Shown piece by piece: positions 48,601-57,400 of a stretch of DNA of 64,000 nucleotides (position 1 is the first letter of the stretch; every line of letters begins with the position of its first letter). Below the pieces are notes generated by a model that ran no database searches, was not told the DNA's origin, and saw only the letters and a program-made list of their open reading frames with translations. This DNA is from an uncultured virus (IMG/VR IMGVR_UViG_3300023109_000008) (taxonomy: Duplodnaviria > Heunggongvirae > Uroviricota > Caudoviricetes). Where the stretch lies: the IMG/VR virus record IMGVR_UViG_3300023109_000008; one strand, written 5' to 3'. Made by a program: the position numbers and the translations under genes.

Positions 48601-51600
48601 ATATCCATCGTTCACATACGATGTTGCAAAATGCGAAAGAGATGTCGGAGTTCTAGTTGACGCTGCATCTTATGATATCCAACATGGTTCAAACGTTGCA
48701 TCTATCAACGTTGCAAGACTTTATTTTGAAAACGCAGTTTCTGTTCTTCCAGTAGAACAAAGACATATTACTGCAGAAGCGTTCCAGCATATTGCAAACG
48801 TTGCCAAGAAACTTGCACGTAACGAAACTGTTACTCCTACAACTGGTAATGCTGTTACTCCTACATCTTGGACTAATGTACAATACACACCAACTGATGT
48901 GACATACAATCCAATTTCTGGTATCATGGTGATCGATCTTGGTGAAGCGCACAACTTTGTACAAGATGATTACATGATCTTTGATCCATCGTCAATCACA
49001 TTGTCTTGTGGTTCACCAGTTCAAGAGATTATACATCCTCGTCCAACTGATCCAGTATACGAAAAACCAGTTCGTGTTCTTGCGACTACTGCAAATACTA
49101 TCACACTAGATGTGGGTGATGCAGGTGGTTATGAAGAAGAGCATGGGTTTGTATCTGCAACAACTGGTGCAATCAAGAAATACTTCTCTGACTTTATGGG
49201 TCAACGAGTAGAAGATCTTGTCAATATTGTTTCTGACTCTATTGAAGAAGATACACTACTACGTCTCCCTGCAGAGATTGAACCAAACGATATTGGAACT
49301 GCATTCTATCAGACTGCTGCAAAAGGTACAATTGTCGGTGGTGGTTCTACTGCACTTGAAGCAGTTGTTAAAGGTGGTTCTGGTGGTATCGATGGTGCAC
49401 AAGGTGGTCTCATCTCTTACAACGTTGGTGGCCCACAACAGGCATACAGAACTTCGAAGTTCTCACCATTCGAGTTTGGGCCAGGCAACACTGGATATGC
49501 AGAAGAGTTCCAAACTGCAACTAAACTTATCAATGGTCTAACAGAGAAACTACAGACAGAAGTAACTGAGTATATTAACGCAACATATAACGGTGTTGGT
49601 TTCCAACAGGCTAAATGTACCCGTGACACTGGTTACTTGGTCGATGCGGTTTCTGAAGATGTACTCTACGGTGGTAACGCTGCAACAGTCAAGGCTGCAG
49701 AAGCGTACTTCATTAACTCTATCAACTTGTTACCAGAATATCAATACGATGCAACACAGGCGGCATTTACCCACCTCGCAGATCGTGCAGAAAAAGTTGT
49801 TTTGGAAACAGTTATTGAACCACACTTTGAAGGTGCATACACTCCAACTGGTGTTGCTTACGATCCAGTAGAAGGATCTATGGTACTGACTCTTGGTTCG
49901 CATGATATCCTAGAAGGTGATTACATCTGGTTCGAAACTAATGGTATCACATTCGAATGTGTAAACGCTGCTTCTGCATCTACTGTTCAGATTTCACATC
50001 CACGTGCAGTCGCAGGGGATGGTTATCCAGACCCAGCATACTTGACTCCATGGCCTGTTAAATCAGTTGATGCAACTACTGTTACTTTGACTGGATTCAA
50101 CGCAGGTGGTTACGCTGGTGCACATACATTCGTAAGTGCAACTGCAAACGCAATCAAACATGTACAGTATCAAACTGTTGCACAGAACTTCTCTGGTACT
50201 GCAACATCTACACAGGTTGCGCAGAGAGTTCAGGATCTAATGTTGGTAATTGCAAATATTGTGGATGATCGTACAAACGAAAACATCCCTGCAGTCGCAG
50301 ATGCTCCAACATACACTCCACTTAGAACATTTGCACGTGATCAAATTCAGTCAAACCGTAAGTTCTTGATTGAAGAAACTGTTGCCTTCTTGAATGATTC
50401 ATACTATACTTACGATGGTGATAAGTGTTTCAGAGACACAGGTTTCCTAATCGATGCGGTCAAGTGGACTTCACCGAATACACCATTTACTGGTCAGGAG
50501 TATCCACTCGTTCAGGCTGCAACTTCTTACTTGACAGGAACTGCAGGTGCAACTCGTACTCGTGAAACTCAGATCAGTGAGTTGGTAGGTGGTCTAAGAT
50601 TTGTTAAAGACAAACTGAGAGGCATCATCCGCAAAGAAGAGAAAGTACTATCTAAGTACGATGATACGTATCTTCTTGAAGAACAACTTGATCAAGGGTT
50701 CGAATCAATCATTGATATGATGACAAATCCAAATGCAAACACCACACCAATCTGGTCTGCAGATGGATATACAAACGGTATTCGTGCAAGAGAAAACCTG
50801 CAAGCAAACAAAGCATTCTTACAGGCAGAAACAACTGCATATATCGCAATCGTTCATCCATCTCTAACATATGATGTTGCGAAGTGTGAAAGAGATATCT
50901 CTCACATCCTTGATGCAGTATCTTGGGATATGCAATACGGTGCTGAAGAAAATGGCACAAACGTGATGACAGTAAACAACGCTAGACTGTATTTCGAAAA
51001 TGCAGTAAGTGTTCTACCTGCTAATCAACGTGGCCCAACTGCAGATGTATTCCAACATATCGCAACAATGGCAGACAACATTGTAAGACTTATCGGTGTA
51101 TCTAAAACTGCAGGTAACGCACTTGATCCAGTAACTACTGGTCTGACTGCAACATCCACTGCACATGGTACTAAGGTTGAAGAACTTATCGAAATCATTG
51201 CCAATGCAGTTCTTGCAGATGACGGTATCGATGGTCTACCTGCAATGGTTGACAACAGTGTCTTCCTCAAGTCAACATATCCTGCTGGTGGTGTCATGTA
51301 TGACATTATCGAAAGAGAAAAAGGAACAATGCAGTCTGCAATCAACACTTATATTGCAGATAACTACAATGGTCTTGCATACAGTGAGTCTAAGTGTCGT
51401 CGTGATTTGGGTTATATCATCGATGGTATCTCGCACGATCTTCAGTACGATGGTAACTGGGCAACTCACAAGAATGCAGAAATCTATTTTGAAAATGCAA
51501 TCAATACACTTCCTAAAGATCAACGTGATCCTACTCGTCGTGCATTCATGCATCTTGGTAAAACAATGGAGACAGTCTTACAACGTCTTCCAGTTGAACC

Positions 51601-53953
51601 AACTATATCTAACAGATTTGGTGCACGTTTCACCCCAACCACTGCCACATACGATCCATTAACTGGTATCTTTACTGCAGAAGTTGGCCCACACGCACTA
51701 AAAGTTGGTGATGCAATCTGGATGGCAGATGAAAGTATCGTAATGTCATGCGACATGGGTAGTGGTGCAGTAAACCACTCCTCACCCGCTGCACATCATC
51801 CTTACTTCAGAAAACCATGTCCGATTACTGGTGTAACACGTACATCGATCACAATGAATGTTGGTACTGGTGGTACTGGTAATTATCCTCACACATTTGT
51901 GAGTGCTGAAGTTGACGCTCTTGTTCAAGTAATTGGTAACCATATACCACAAGACTTCCGTCATCTACCTGCAGTATATCCAGAACGTACTGATCTTAAG
52001 GGTGAAGCAATGAAACTTGCAAACATGATTGCAGATGCTGCACTTGCAGAGGATCCATCAGGAATTCCTGCCCGTGTATCACCAGACACTTCATGGGTTC
52101 CAAGTAACATCATTGCATCTAAGAACTTGATTTCAGATATCTCTGATGAACTCGCAACGAAGGTTGTGGACTATGTATCTCGTGAGTGGGGTGGACTATC
52201 ATTCCCACGTGGTAAGTGTCGTCGTGATATGGGCTTCTTGGTTGATGCTGCATCACATGATGTTCAGTACGAAACAAACTATGCATCTCGTATCTCTGCA
52301 CAGATCTACTTCGAAAACGGTATATCTGTACTACCAGAAGATACTCGCAGACAAACTGCAGATGTATATCGTACAATGAAACTTCTGATGTCTGACATCG
52401 TTCAAGAGATCGATACAACAAACACATCTATCACTACGACTGCACAAGACATCTCTGGTGATCCAGCGACTCCAACTGAGGGTACAGAAGTTGTTAACTT
52501 GATTGGTATCGTAGAAGATGTGATTCGTGAAGATAGTGTCGCTGCAATTCCTGCCCTACAGGAAGCGAATACTGCATGGGTATCAAGTGACTTGGTTGGT
52601 GCGAACAAACTTATCGAAGACAATAAAGTAGAACTCGCAGACAAGTTAATCGAATTCATCAACACTGAGTTCAATGTACTTGACTATAACAAGTCTAAGT
52701 GTCGTCGTGATGTAGGATACCTACTAGATGCATTCTCATATGACTTGAACTACGGTGGTAACAGTGCATCTCGTTGGAACGCAGACTTCTACTTCTGGAA
52801 CTCAGTATATCGTATCCCAGAAGATCAACGTGAAGCGACTGCGAAGTCCTATCGTGAACTAGGTAGAATTTGTAAGAAGATCGTTACAGGTGATTACAAA
52901 GGTCAGTCACTCAAGTATGATACTGCAACTGAAGTAGAGGCCAATAAAGTTGAAGGTCTCGCCAATATGTTCTATCTAACTCAGATAAATAAAGATACAA
53001 AAGAACTACAAACACTTATTGAACCAAATTATGATTGGGTTGAAAAACCATTTAGAGATGCAAAAGAAGTAATTCTGAAGAAACGTGGGCCTCTGCAGTA
53101 TGATGTTGTAAGATTTGTTAACGCAACTTATAACTTTGTTGATATTAACTTGACAAGACGTGATGCAGGTAACTTGTTGCAGACTATCGTCAACGACATC
53201 AAGTTTACTAACCCGAATACAGGACAACAAGGTTCGACTAAAGCGACAAGAACTTTCTCACAATCGTTCTTCGATCAAAAAGGTCAACAGGTATTCCCAG
53301 TATTCAATGCAACAACGCCTGGGTTGAGATTCATGGGTACAGTGGCGGATATCTCTGCACGTAATGCGTTGCAGTCAGATCCAAACCTTACTCTGAAACC
53401 AAATATGGCGTGGATCGTTTCTGATGATGCAAATATAAACTTCTACCAAGGAACTATATACTATTGGAACGGTGGAGCATGGGTTGATGACGGTCAAAAT
53501 AATACTGATCTTCTATATGCGTTCTATAAAACATGGGATCGTATGAGAGACTTTATTATTGCGAACTATTCACCAGATGGAGCACACAGTGCATTTATCA
53601 CTGCTCTGTTTGATGATTGTTTGAAAGGTAACGTCCTAAGACCAGACGTGTTAACATTCGGTTCACTTGTTGAATCAATTGCTCACCAGTTTAACGGTGG
53701 TGCTGCAGGTGTTAACAGAACTGCGTTGCCACTGAACTTTAGAAACCTTGGGCCTGCAACGTCTGCGATTTCTTCGGTTCTCTCTGAAGATGGTGGTCGT
53801 GTAAGATGGTCTGGTGCAGACGAATTGAACAACCAGTACTTCGCAAGAGGTTTGAGAATTAACGGTAGAACAGGTCGAATCGAAGGAAGACCATTTACCT
53901 CATCTGTTCGTAAACTCGCAAGACGTGCATCGAACAGTAGAGCTGTAGTATAA
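42662..53953 (+). CDS. Giant (3763 aa) virion structural/fibre protein with beta-helix, C-x-R-D helical repeats and His/Cys beta repeats
   Basis: Single long ORF within the tail module; repeats visible in the translation. Confidence 0.85.
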   Translation: MSKISELGSITGANTRTEDLFVIVNLVQGDDGTKNITRKELVQAIQYEIFDRITITGGKISGTTIFSNVMNNNIMNDNEYNRGTINDTDVNRVDIDASLFHDGDLRDSNANNLTITFSSFDNGTMDTVFGNNVTLVNSTIDDSTITDSTANNVEISESTFSNGALFDSTANNISITDSSFENGTLADSSGNNIVLDNSEFNQGIIRDSVANNITITSSTFTDGGIFDSTANNVAMTQSTFTAGEISDSTANNVDIDSSTFVNGALANSTANTMTIIDSDFSDGTGNNNVFTNTTLEDSLIKDSVIANSTFTGELSDISLVDATIESSSMSNTGISESTMTGGKIEDTTINDATINRPDLVDFDMEIDNQFEPKIDENSWFALKNVKTGETERITYRQFFDEISKTTAKALKVHVEASSGDDRNPGTVLQPVRTLERAAELALEKAGGVYSRNDVNNAVHISCGPGTYYTKGGIALPDDCSLTSTSGQYATVIEALPGYEFENAVLVGSGCYVQGFSYTNWKVDNFDFPEGGFAIAYRPGAKLRRSPYIRDSSQLSNFLRADVEPPLQPFNSKGTLADLGREIYMEVGHSGTFSEGDEIVFGSGAVGFVSWDADVATDDRVYVRNLKGEINVGDTIISESGGTGNISVIGIDDFPNPLVGRGGGCVLADRRVLDPDSLYTYLLTFGFTPRTQNGIGYVARDGAGVNGIGSLSIFTRCAFYALNGGQVTLNNSGTQFGDISMRAKGTTQFYAPRDTTVQIDVNAGGNTAFGDSILQNANNIIDDMVDYLTSNTTSGGLGYQGYDAEKCYRDTGIILDKLSQDIQTGSNYWGRLSGITYRSPISYVVPGEQLEETAGANRYLQGRLGTIFANANTEILERANTSYDELLNILENGEEYASPIVFTEVGNNETATAYTNARKQIQDNRKFIENELIDWIEDNDEFFAYNSIACRRDTQDYILPAVAQDLMLDTNYNSVTAGNAYYMNAAAKVINNQRDETVAAYKRLKEQTNEIIDANSFIGAIRSDSAFDNIIDALEEKRKTYTPTFVEYDPISGIMEVEIGQHRLHVDQKIILEKESITFECGLSGKDGEITHPRATDPAFMKPIPILEVTETTIVLQVGNAGGYTNIHYFKSADADCIRLEENCYTPAGSTYDPATGVTVVTFDDIHRIEAGDLIEIAPGGLTYQCANTATLQLVSISHPRPADKWFKNALQVTSITPYTITFNSGDAGGYTGAHSFTGALENAVQVIGKGILFSDDVGIDANKKNARKQLQANKKYIQDYMMGWIDNNFFIYDSAKCERDVQQYILPAVQQDMMLGTNWNSVQTGVGYYAGTASEVVGDQLPETVGAVSELKGLVADMTQAKYTPTDATYDPLSGITTLTLGTHDIEVGDSIKLAPEAITFSCANTSTGVIGTDSHPNPADPNYNKPFVVTAADATSITFQSGDANGYTGVHTFVSAQVDSVHHLVHDNFAIGTAGNAFDEIIHIMKGSGRSYTPTNATYDPLTGVMVVTIGTHSLTTDDQVMFAPESISFYCDANNVVISHPRRSDTDNYKKPLDITAVGLTTITVNAGDAGGYTGVHTFYKADPNSVSVYNETRKKTYTPTTATYDTATGDMVVTVGVHNLQVGQYIALEQESIVFTCALDGNQTEHAYPRLNDPWNKKPIKIKAATETTFTINVGGYANGTAHTFVRATEGAVRDDVVTFSDPAMIEEFKTPTGVAYTVGTGVFTLTIPNHGLSAGDRVELMPGSFTFTCGSDNNLSEISHPRPSDPPYRKPLTITATPDINTIQVNVGVGTGGAHTFVRVADNAVAVLRANVDEVNAFETLQANRDFLANEVVGYLANTYFTYDSAKCERDTGFLIDAVKRDVLTGSNYNAVYMGKGYRIGTQGADTVVNDQLTETVGAFTWLKQQVSAKISGTAQTRSEAAFDEVIDIVTNGTSAADVINFGDSYVSNDALNTRGIIQSNKAFLQAEITAWLAVEYPSFTYDVAKCERDVGVLVDAASYDIQHGSNVASINVARLYFENAVSVLPVEQRHITAEAFQHIANVAKKLARNETVTPTTGNAVTPTSWTNVQYTPTDVTYNPISGIMVIDLGEAHNFVQDDYMIFDPSSITLSCGSPVQEIIHPRPTDPVYEKPVRVLATTANTITLDVGDAGGYEEEHGFVSATTGAIKKYFSDFMGQRVEDLVNIVSDSIEEDTLLRLPAEIEPNDIGTAFYQTAAKGTIVGGGSTALEAVVKGGSGGIDGAQGGLISYNVGGPQQAYRTSKFSPFEFGPGNTGYAEEFQTATKLINGLTEKLQTEVTEYINATYNGVGFQQAKCTRDTGYLVDAVSEDVLYGGNAATVKAAEAYFINSINLLPEYQYDATQAAFTHLADRAEKVVLETVIEPHFEGAYTPTGVAYDPVEGSMVLTLGSHDILEGDYIWFETNGITFECVNAASASTVQISHPRAVAGDGYPDPAYLTPWPVKSVDATTVTLTGFNAGGYAGAHTFVSATANAIKHVQYQTVAQNFSGTATSTQVAQRVQDLMLVIANIVDDRTNENIPAVADAPTYTPLRTFARDQIQSNRKFLIEETVAFLNDSYYTYDGDKCFRDTGFLIDAVKWTSPNTPFTGQEYPLVQAATSYLTGTAGATRTRETQISELVGGLRFVKDKLRGIIRKEEKVLSKYDDTYLLEEQLDQGFESIIDMMTNPNANTTPIWSADGYTNGIRARENLQANKAFLQAETTAYIAIVHPSLTYDVAKCERDISHILDAVSWDMQYGAEENGTNVMTVNNARLYFENAVSVLPANQRGPTADVFQHIATMADNIVRLIGVSKTAGNALDPVTTGLTATSTAHGTKVEELIEIIANAVLADDGIDGLPAMVDNSVFLKSTYPAGGVMYDIIEREKGTMQSAINTYIADNYNGLAYSESKCRRDLGYIIDGISHDLQYDGNWATHKNAEIYFENAINTLPKDQRDPTRRAFMHLGKTMETVLQRLPVEPTISNRFGARFTPTTATYDPLTGIFTAEVGPHALKVGDAIWMADESIVMSCDMGSGAVNHSSPAAHHPYFRKPCPITGVTRTSITMNVGTGGTGNYPHTFVSAEVDALVQVIGNHIPQDFRHLPAVYPERTDLKGEAMKLANMIADAALAEDPSGIPARVSPDTSWVPSNIIASKNLISDISDELATKVVDYVSREWGGLSFPRGKCRRDMGFLVDAASHDVQYETNYASRISAQIYFENGISVLPEDTRRQTADVYRTMKLLMSDIVQEIDTTNTSITTTAQDISGDPATPTEGTEVVNLIGIVEDVIREDSVAAIPALQEANTAWVSSDLVGANKLIEDNKVELADKLIEFINTEFNVLDYNKSKCRRDVGYLLDAFSYDLNYGGNSASRWNADFYFWNSVYRIPEDQREATAKSYRELGRICKKIVTGDYKGQSLKYDTATEVEANKVEGLANMFYLTQINKDTKELQTLIEPNYDWVEKPFRDAKEVILKKRGPLQYDVVRFVNATYNFVDINLTRRDAGNLLQTIVNDIKFTNPNTGQQGSTKATRTFSQSFFDQKGQQVFPVFNATTPGLRFMGTVADISARNALQSDPNLTLKPNMAWIVSDDANINFYQGTIYYWNGGAWVDDGQNNTDLLYAFYKTWDRMRDFIIANYSPDGAHSAFITALFDDCLKGNVLRPDVLTFGSLVESIAHQFNGGAAGVNRTALPLNFRNLGPATSAISSVLSEDGGRVRWSGADELNNQYFARGLRINGRTGRIEGRPFTSSVRKLARRASNSRAVV
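42860..43730 (+). repeat. ~15-aa tandem repeats (DSTANNxxIxxSxFxxG), probable beta-solenoid
   Basis: Seen in the translation of the giant ORF. Confidence 0.75.
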
Positions 53954-53965
53954 AAGGAAAGAAAC

Positions 53966-54421
53966 ATGGCATACTCACAATATGTAGACGCAAACACTGG
54001 GATATCTGTGATCGTTACATCACAGGCACCAGATGCTTTGCCAATTGGATTTAACGCTGTATTAACTACAGAGTTTGATGAAGTTATTACTGTACCACAG
54101 TTCAGAGTTCCCGAACTTGTTTTCGGTGGTAGTGAAACAATTGAGCCTGGCATCGGGGAAGTTATTTCCCCACTCATTTTATGCAACACCACAAACGCTA
54201 CTGCGACAGTTGATGTTGAAATTTATAGATACAGTGATTCGATAACTTATGATTTAATTAAAAATTTACCTGTACCTGCTTATGACACAATCCCAATTCC
54301 AATTAACGGACAGTTCTTCGCTTCTGGTGATATCATGCAAGCACGTTGTAGTGCAAACCTTGCAATTACTGCAACGTTGTCATATACGGTAGGCCAGGCG
54401 GAGGAATACGATGTCGACTAG
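53966..54421 (+). CDS. Hypothetical virion-associated protein
   Basis: 151-aa ORF with SD in the tail module. Confidence 0.7.
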   Translation: MAYSQYVDANTGISVIVTSQAPDALPIGFNAVLTTEFDEVITVPQFRVPELVFGGSETIEPGIGEVISPLILCNTTNATATVDVEIYRYSDSITYDLIKNLPVPAYDTIPIPINGQFFASGDIMQARCSANLAITATLSYTVGQAEEYDVD

Positions 54422-57400
54422 GTTTCGCACTTTTACTAATCGTGGATTTTCGATTGGTAATGGTATCCCACAAGATCCAGCGCAGTTAGATCCTGCTGCG
54501 TTTAAAGGTTCGGTAATTTACACGATTACCGACGAAATCCGTTATTCGGATGGAACGTCATGGATACCAGTTTCAGGTGCTCAAGGAACCACAGGTTTTC
54601 AAGGCCCAGATGGACTCCAAGGTATTCAAGGTGAATATGGGCCAGGATTTACAATCATTGGTTCTGTACCAGATGTAGATTCGGGTGGAGATCCACAGGC
54701 AACTCTTAATGCTGCGTTTGGATCTGCAAGTGTCGGTGACGGTGTCATTGATGACGCAGACGAAGAACTATGGATTTATGACGGTGTAAACTGGATTAAC
54801 ATTGGCACGTTTAGAGGTGTTCAAGGTTTCCAAGGCGTACAAGGCACACAGGGTGTGCAAGGTGATCTTGGCGCTAAAGGTGTCCAAGGTTTCAGAGGAT
54901 TTAGAGGTTTCCAAGGTGTGCAGGGCGCACAAGGTACTCAGGGTTTCCAAGGTATTCAAGGAGATCGTGGTTATCAGGGCGTACAAGGTATGCAGGGAAC
55001 CCAAGGATTACAGGGTGATCAGGGTACTCAAGGATTGCAAGGCCCACAAGGCCCGCAAGGGACGCAAGGCGTTCAAGGTACTCAAGGCCCACAGGGAACT
55101 CAAGGGTTCCAAGGTGTTCAAGGTACAGACGGTGCATTCGCAGGTCAGGGTGTGCAAGGCCCTCAAGGCCCTCAAGGTACTCAGGGACTTCAAGGTGTAC
55201 AGGGTACACAAGGCCCACAGGCATTCCAAGGTGTACAAGGTACGCAAGGTTGGCAAGGTGAGGCGATTCAAGGTATCCAAGGTCAACAAGGCCCGCAAGG
55301 AGTACAAGGTACTCAAGGTCTGCAAGGTGATCAGGGTACTCAAGGCGTACAAGGCCCACAAGGCACAAAAGGTTTTCAAGGAAATCAAGGCGTTCAAGGT
55401 ACACAAGGTGGAACTGGTGACACTGGTTTGCAGGGTCTTCAAGGTACTCAAGGCCCACAGGGTGTACAAGGCCTTGAAGGTTATTACGGTGGTCTAACAT
55501 TCGAATGGATCAACAACTCAACATCGGGTGATGAATTCCCTGGCGTTGGGTATTTTGCGTTGGTCTCTGGAAGTACAAACTCTTCTACAGATGTTTACGC
55601 TGTTGACAAAATCTGGTTCGACGATAAACCATCTGATAGTAATAGACGTATTGACGATCTATTCAATTACATAGATTCAAATCCAGGCGTTCCAAAAGGT
55701 CAGTTGATGATCAGAACGCCTCGTGATACAACTAACAATGACTTTGAATTCCTACTCTATCAAATCGATGATTGGACATGGTATGGTAGTGGTAGTGGTG
55801 CAGAAGACAACGGTTGGTTTAATGTTACATTTATTGAAAAATCTCTTTTAGGTTCTGGTGGTGCAAACACAGTTTCTTGGGATGATGCAACTGCCCGTTA
55901 TGGTGACACTGCAATCATTTCATTCATGCCTTCTGGCCCAGTTGGCCCAACAGGTATTCAAGGTGTTCAAGGTGATCTTGGTTTCCAAGGTACACAAGGT
56001 TTCCAAGGCATTCAAGGTATTCAAGGCGCTCAGGGTATTCAGGGGTTCCAAGGATTCCAAGGTATCCAAGGGGAAGCCATTCAAGGTGTTCAAGGCCCAC
56101 AGGGTACACTTGGTATTCAAGGTTTCCAAGGATTCCAAGGTATTCAAGGTCAAGAGGGATCTCGTGTATTTGAAGTAACCAATAACGGTAACATTGCATA
56201 CACGATTGATGGACAAGACAACCCAACACTACAGTTGTTGAGAGGTTTCACATATACATTTGATGTGAATGCGTCTGGACATCCATTCTATCTTAAGACT
56301 TCACGTACACTTGGTACAGGTAACCAGTATACGCAAGGTGTCACGAATAACGGTGCTGCAGTTGGTCTAGTAACAATTAGGGTTGCGTATAACGCACCAG
56401 ATCAGATCTTCTACCAGTGTTCTCTCCATTCTGGTATGGGTGGAACAATTAATATTTCTGATCTTGGCCCTCAAGGTGTTCAAGGCCCACAAGGTGTACA
56501 GGGTGATCTTGGTATCCAAGGTGATTCGGGTTCCTTCGGTGGTGCAACATTTGACTACACATTCGATGGCGCAGGTACGACTGAGATTAACACTGCAGTC
56601 GGTGATATTCGTTTCAATAGTTCAACATTCACTAATGTTACAGAAATTTATATCGACGAACGTGATGATAACTTCGTAAATTTAGACACTTACTATGCAT
56701 CACTTGATACGGTAACTGGACTTGTCAAAGGTTCTTTGGTTGTTAAATCAAAGGCAGATCCTACTAACTTCTTTGTCTTCGATTATGAAGACATTACAGA
56801 TGGTGGTGGATACTGGAAGTTCGAAGTTAATTATCTGACTGGTGCAGGTGCAAACTTTGCAGACAACGCAGACATCGTTGTCACATTTGCTCGTGCAGGT
56901 TCTACAGGTGCAGGCGTACAGGGTGCGCAAGGTACTGGTGGATTCCAAGGAACTGCAGGTAATCAGGGTATCCAAGGTGTTCAAGGTATCGGAAACCAAG
57001 GTACGCAGGGTATTCAAGGTATACAAGGTGACTTAGGTACACAGGGTTCAACAGGAACTGGAGCACAGGGTATTCAAGGCCCACAGGGTGCTGACGGTTT
57101 CCAAGGTGGATCAGGTTTCCAAGGTGCATCTGGTGCAGGTTCTCAGGGTGTACAAGGTATTCAAGGCGTTCAAGGTAATCAGGGTATTGCTGGTGAAGGC
57201 GCACAAGGTATTCAAGGTGGATTTGGTTCACAAGGTGTCCAAGGTATGCAGGGTGCTCAAGGCCCAACTGCGCAAGGTTCAGGTGGTTTGCCTGGCCCGC
57301 CCGGCGCACAGGGTTTCCAAGGTATCCAAGGTACTCAGGGTTTCCAAGGTGGAACTGGATTTGGTAACGTTGGTAACCAAGGTGTACAAGGCCCTCAAGG

